Source: an uncultured Actinomycetota bacterium
GTDB lineage: Bacteria > Actinomycetota > Actinomycetes > JACCUZ01
Assembly (NCBI GenBank): GCA_963751035.1
Contig: CAVVSW010000004.1
Span: forward strand, 3,142-67,141
DNA length: 64,000 bases
Direction of reading: 5' to 3'
The position numbers were made by a program, and so were the translations under genes. This document shows, piece by piece, positions 58,101 to 61,100 of this stretch (its first letter is position 1; each line of letters starts with the position of its first letter). Below the pieces are notes generated by a model that saw only the letters and a program-made list of their open reading frames with translations, ran no database searches and was not told the origin of the DNA.

Positions 58101-61100
58101 GATTCCGCCGCTCAGCGACGACATCGCTGCGTCGGAGGTCGCGAAGCCGACCGCAATGACGTCGAGCTGGCCCGAGCCTGCCGTGGCGACGGAGCCGATG
58201 CTGCCGTTGAACGTCGTCGTGGTCGATCCGAGGGCGTCGGCGTGGACGTCGACGCCGACGGTGAACGCGACCGCGCCGATCGCCTGCGAGTTGACGGCCG
58301 CGACGACCACATTTGCGTTGTAGGAAGCGGCGATCACGTTGCCACCGTTCGTGGCGAACGTCGCGTCGCTCGAGACGAGCGTGGCCACGTCCGCAGCCGC
58401 GGTGGCGTTGATGTCGGAGCCGATTCCGGCGCCGAGGCCGTAAGCGGCGTTGGAGGCGGACGCAATGGCGCCGGTGTCGGCGATTGCGCCGGTCGTGCCG
58501 AAGTTGTGGCGGGCGATCAGCTCGACCTTCTTCGTCGCCGCGTTCGCGGTGAGCGACGCATTGGATGCGACGGCCGCAAGCACGGTCGGGTCGTGGTCGG
58601 CATCGGCCTTGGTCTTGGTCCCGGCGATCGCGGCGCCCGAGAGACCGGCGGCGCTGGCCTCGGTCTTCCCCACGAACTCGGCCTGGACGTGGATATCGCC
58701 CTGTTGCGCGACAAGCAGGGCCCAGGCACCGACCGTCGCTCGCGCAGTGCCGTCCTGCCGGGCGACGGACGTCGCGCCGCCACCGGCACCGAAGAGCGAG
58801 AACGACTCGAACCGCGGCTCTGCCTCGACCGTCGAGTTCAGCGTCGCATCGGCGCTGATGCCGCCCGCGCCGGTCGCCGTCACCTGGGTGCGGTTCCCCG
58901 ACGAGCCGCTGGCGCCGCCGCCGAGTGCCCACATCGAGCCGCTGGTGGCATTGTTGAGGGCCGGGTTGGTGGGTCCGGACGAGACGTGCGACCGCTTCGC
59001 CGTGTACTGCTGGCCGTTGGAAGCCGTGACGATGTCGCCCTCGTAGTAGACGACGTCGGCGCTCGACCAGGTCCCACGGCCGCGTGCCGGGCCGATCGTG
59101 ACGCTGGCCGAGCCGAAGTCCTCAGCAACTGCCTTGACCAGGTTGATGTCGAGGACGGCACTGAAGCCCCCGGTGCTGACCGACGAGACCACGTTGTGCG
59201 TGGCCGTCGCGTTGAGGTCGATGCCCGCTGCCGTGACGTTGGCGCCGTTGCCGATCAGCGCCGTCGTGTTCGACGTCACTCTGGCCGAGGCCGTCAGGAC
59301 GCTGATCGACAGCCCGAGCGAGACGTCCGTTCCGCTGATCGAGGGTGTCGCCTTCGACGTGCCGTTCGCGGTCGCCGTGAGGTTGCCCGAGAGGGTGAGC
59401 GTCGCGTCGTCGTCGATGCGGCTCGACGTGTCGTGCCCGGCGGTCGCCAGCGTCGACGAGACCGAGACGCCGAAGAACAGGCTGATGCCGACGTAGCTCA
59501 GGTCTGCTTTCGCCTCGGTGTTCGACGTGGCGGTCATCGCGACGTGCCGGGCAGTGACGGACGAGCCCGTTCCGATGTACGTCTCTGTCGCGCCACCCTG
59601 CGCCCCGACGGTGGCCACTGCCTCGTAGGTCGCGACCGACCCGATGCCGCCGGAGCCGCCTTCGATGTCCGCGAGTGCGTGCGGGCCGGTCGGGGTCGTC
59701 GTCGCGTTGAGGGTGAGGTCGTGGCCGGTCATGTTCAGCGTCGACCCGGCGCCGACGAATGCCGCCGTGTCGCGGTCGAAGTTCGCGATCGCGCGCATGA
59801 TGTTGACGCCGGCGAGGAGCCCGACCGCGCCGCCGGTCGCTTCGGCCTTCGCCTGGGCGACATCGTCGACGGCGTTCGCGGTGACGTGGCCGCTCGTCAG
59901 AGTCGTGCGCGGGCCGACGTAGGCGCGGGTGGCGCCGCCGACGTTGGCAGTCGGGATCGAGACGTTGACGGCGAAGGCGATGCTGCCCGCGCCACCCGTG
60001 GCGATGGCGATGCCTTCGACATCCGAGTGCGCGTCGAGCGTGACCGAGCCAGGGTTACCACTCTCGTTCCGGATGTCGACGACGCTCGAGCTCGAGCCCG
60101 GGCCGGCGTTCTCACCGAGGTATGCCTCGACGATGCTGTTCGCGTTCGCGATGACCTCGACGCCCGTTCCGGCACCCAGACCGGAGACCGTGACGGCGAA
60201 CGCGTCGGCCTTCGCGAGAACGTCGGCGTCGGCGTCGATGTCGAGGGACCTCGCGCGGATGTCGGTGCCGTCGCCTGCGTAGGCCCGCGTCGCGCCGTTC
60301 ACCGTCGCCGTCGGGCGCATGACGGTGACCGTCGCGATGAGCGATCCACCGCCACCCTTGGTGGTTGCGAGGGCGTCCATCGTCGAGTAGGCGTCGATGT
60401 CGATCACGCCGCTGCCCGCGCTGTTGACATCGAGGAGTGCGTTGGCCTTGCCGCCGTCTGCGACGCCGTTTGTCGACCCGATGTACGCCTCGACGACCCC
60501 GCTGATCGTGGAGTTCGACTTGACGCCTGCCCCGGAGGCGCCCATCGCGACCGCGATCACGAAGTTGGTCGCGGTGGCGTCGTAGTCGACACCGTCACCG
60601 ACGGTGCCGGCGTGGACGTCCAGGCTGCCGGCATCCATGTTCACGCCGTCGCGGACGTACGCGCGGGTGGTTCCCGAGACGGTCGCCGAGGCGTCGATCA
60701 CCGCGATATCGGCGGCCAGCGCGGCACCGGCGCGAGTCGTGGTGGCGATCGCTTCCATCCACGCGTCCGCGTCGACGTCGACGCTTCCTTCGTTGACGTC
60801 GACATCGGTCGTGACGTCGGCCGCCACCGACGACGCCTGCGCCCCGATGTACGCCTCCACCGTCCCGTTCACGGTGGACTCGGCGGTGACCCCCGAGCCG
60901 CCGGCGAGACCGGAGAAGTTGAGGCTGTTCGAGACGACGTTGGCCTTCAGGTGGCCGTCGGCGTCGATGTCGACGGATCCTGCGTCGACATCGACACCCT
61001 CGCCGATGTAAGCGCGGATCGTGCCCGTGACCTCACCGACGAGCTTCAGCATGGTCACCGCGATGGCCGCGACGGAGCCACTCGCAATCGTCGGCACCGC

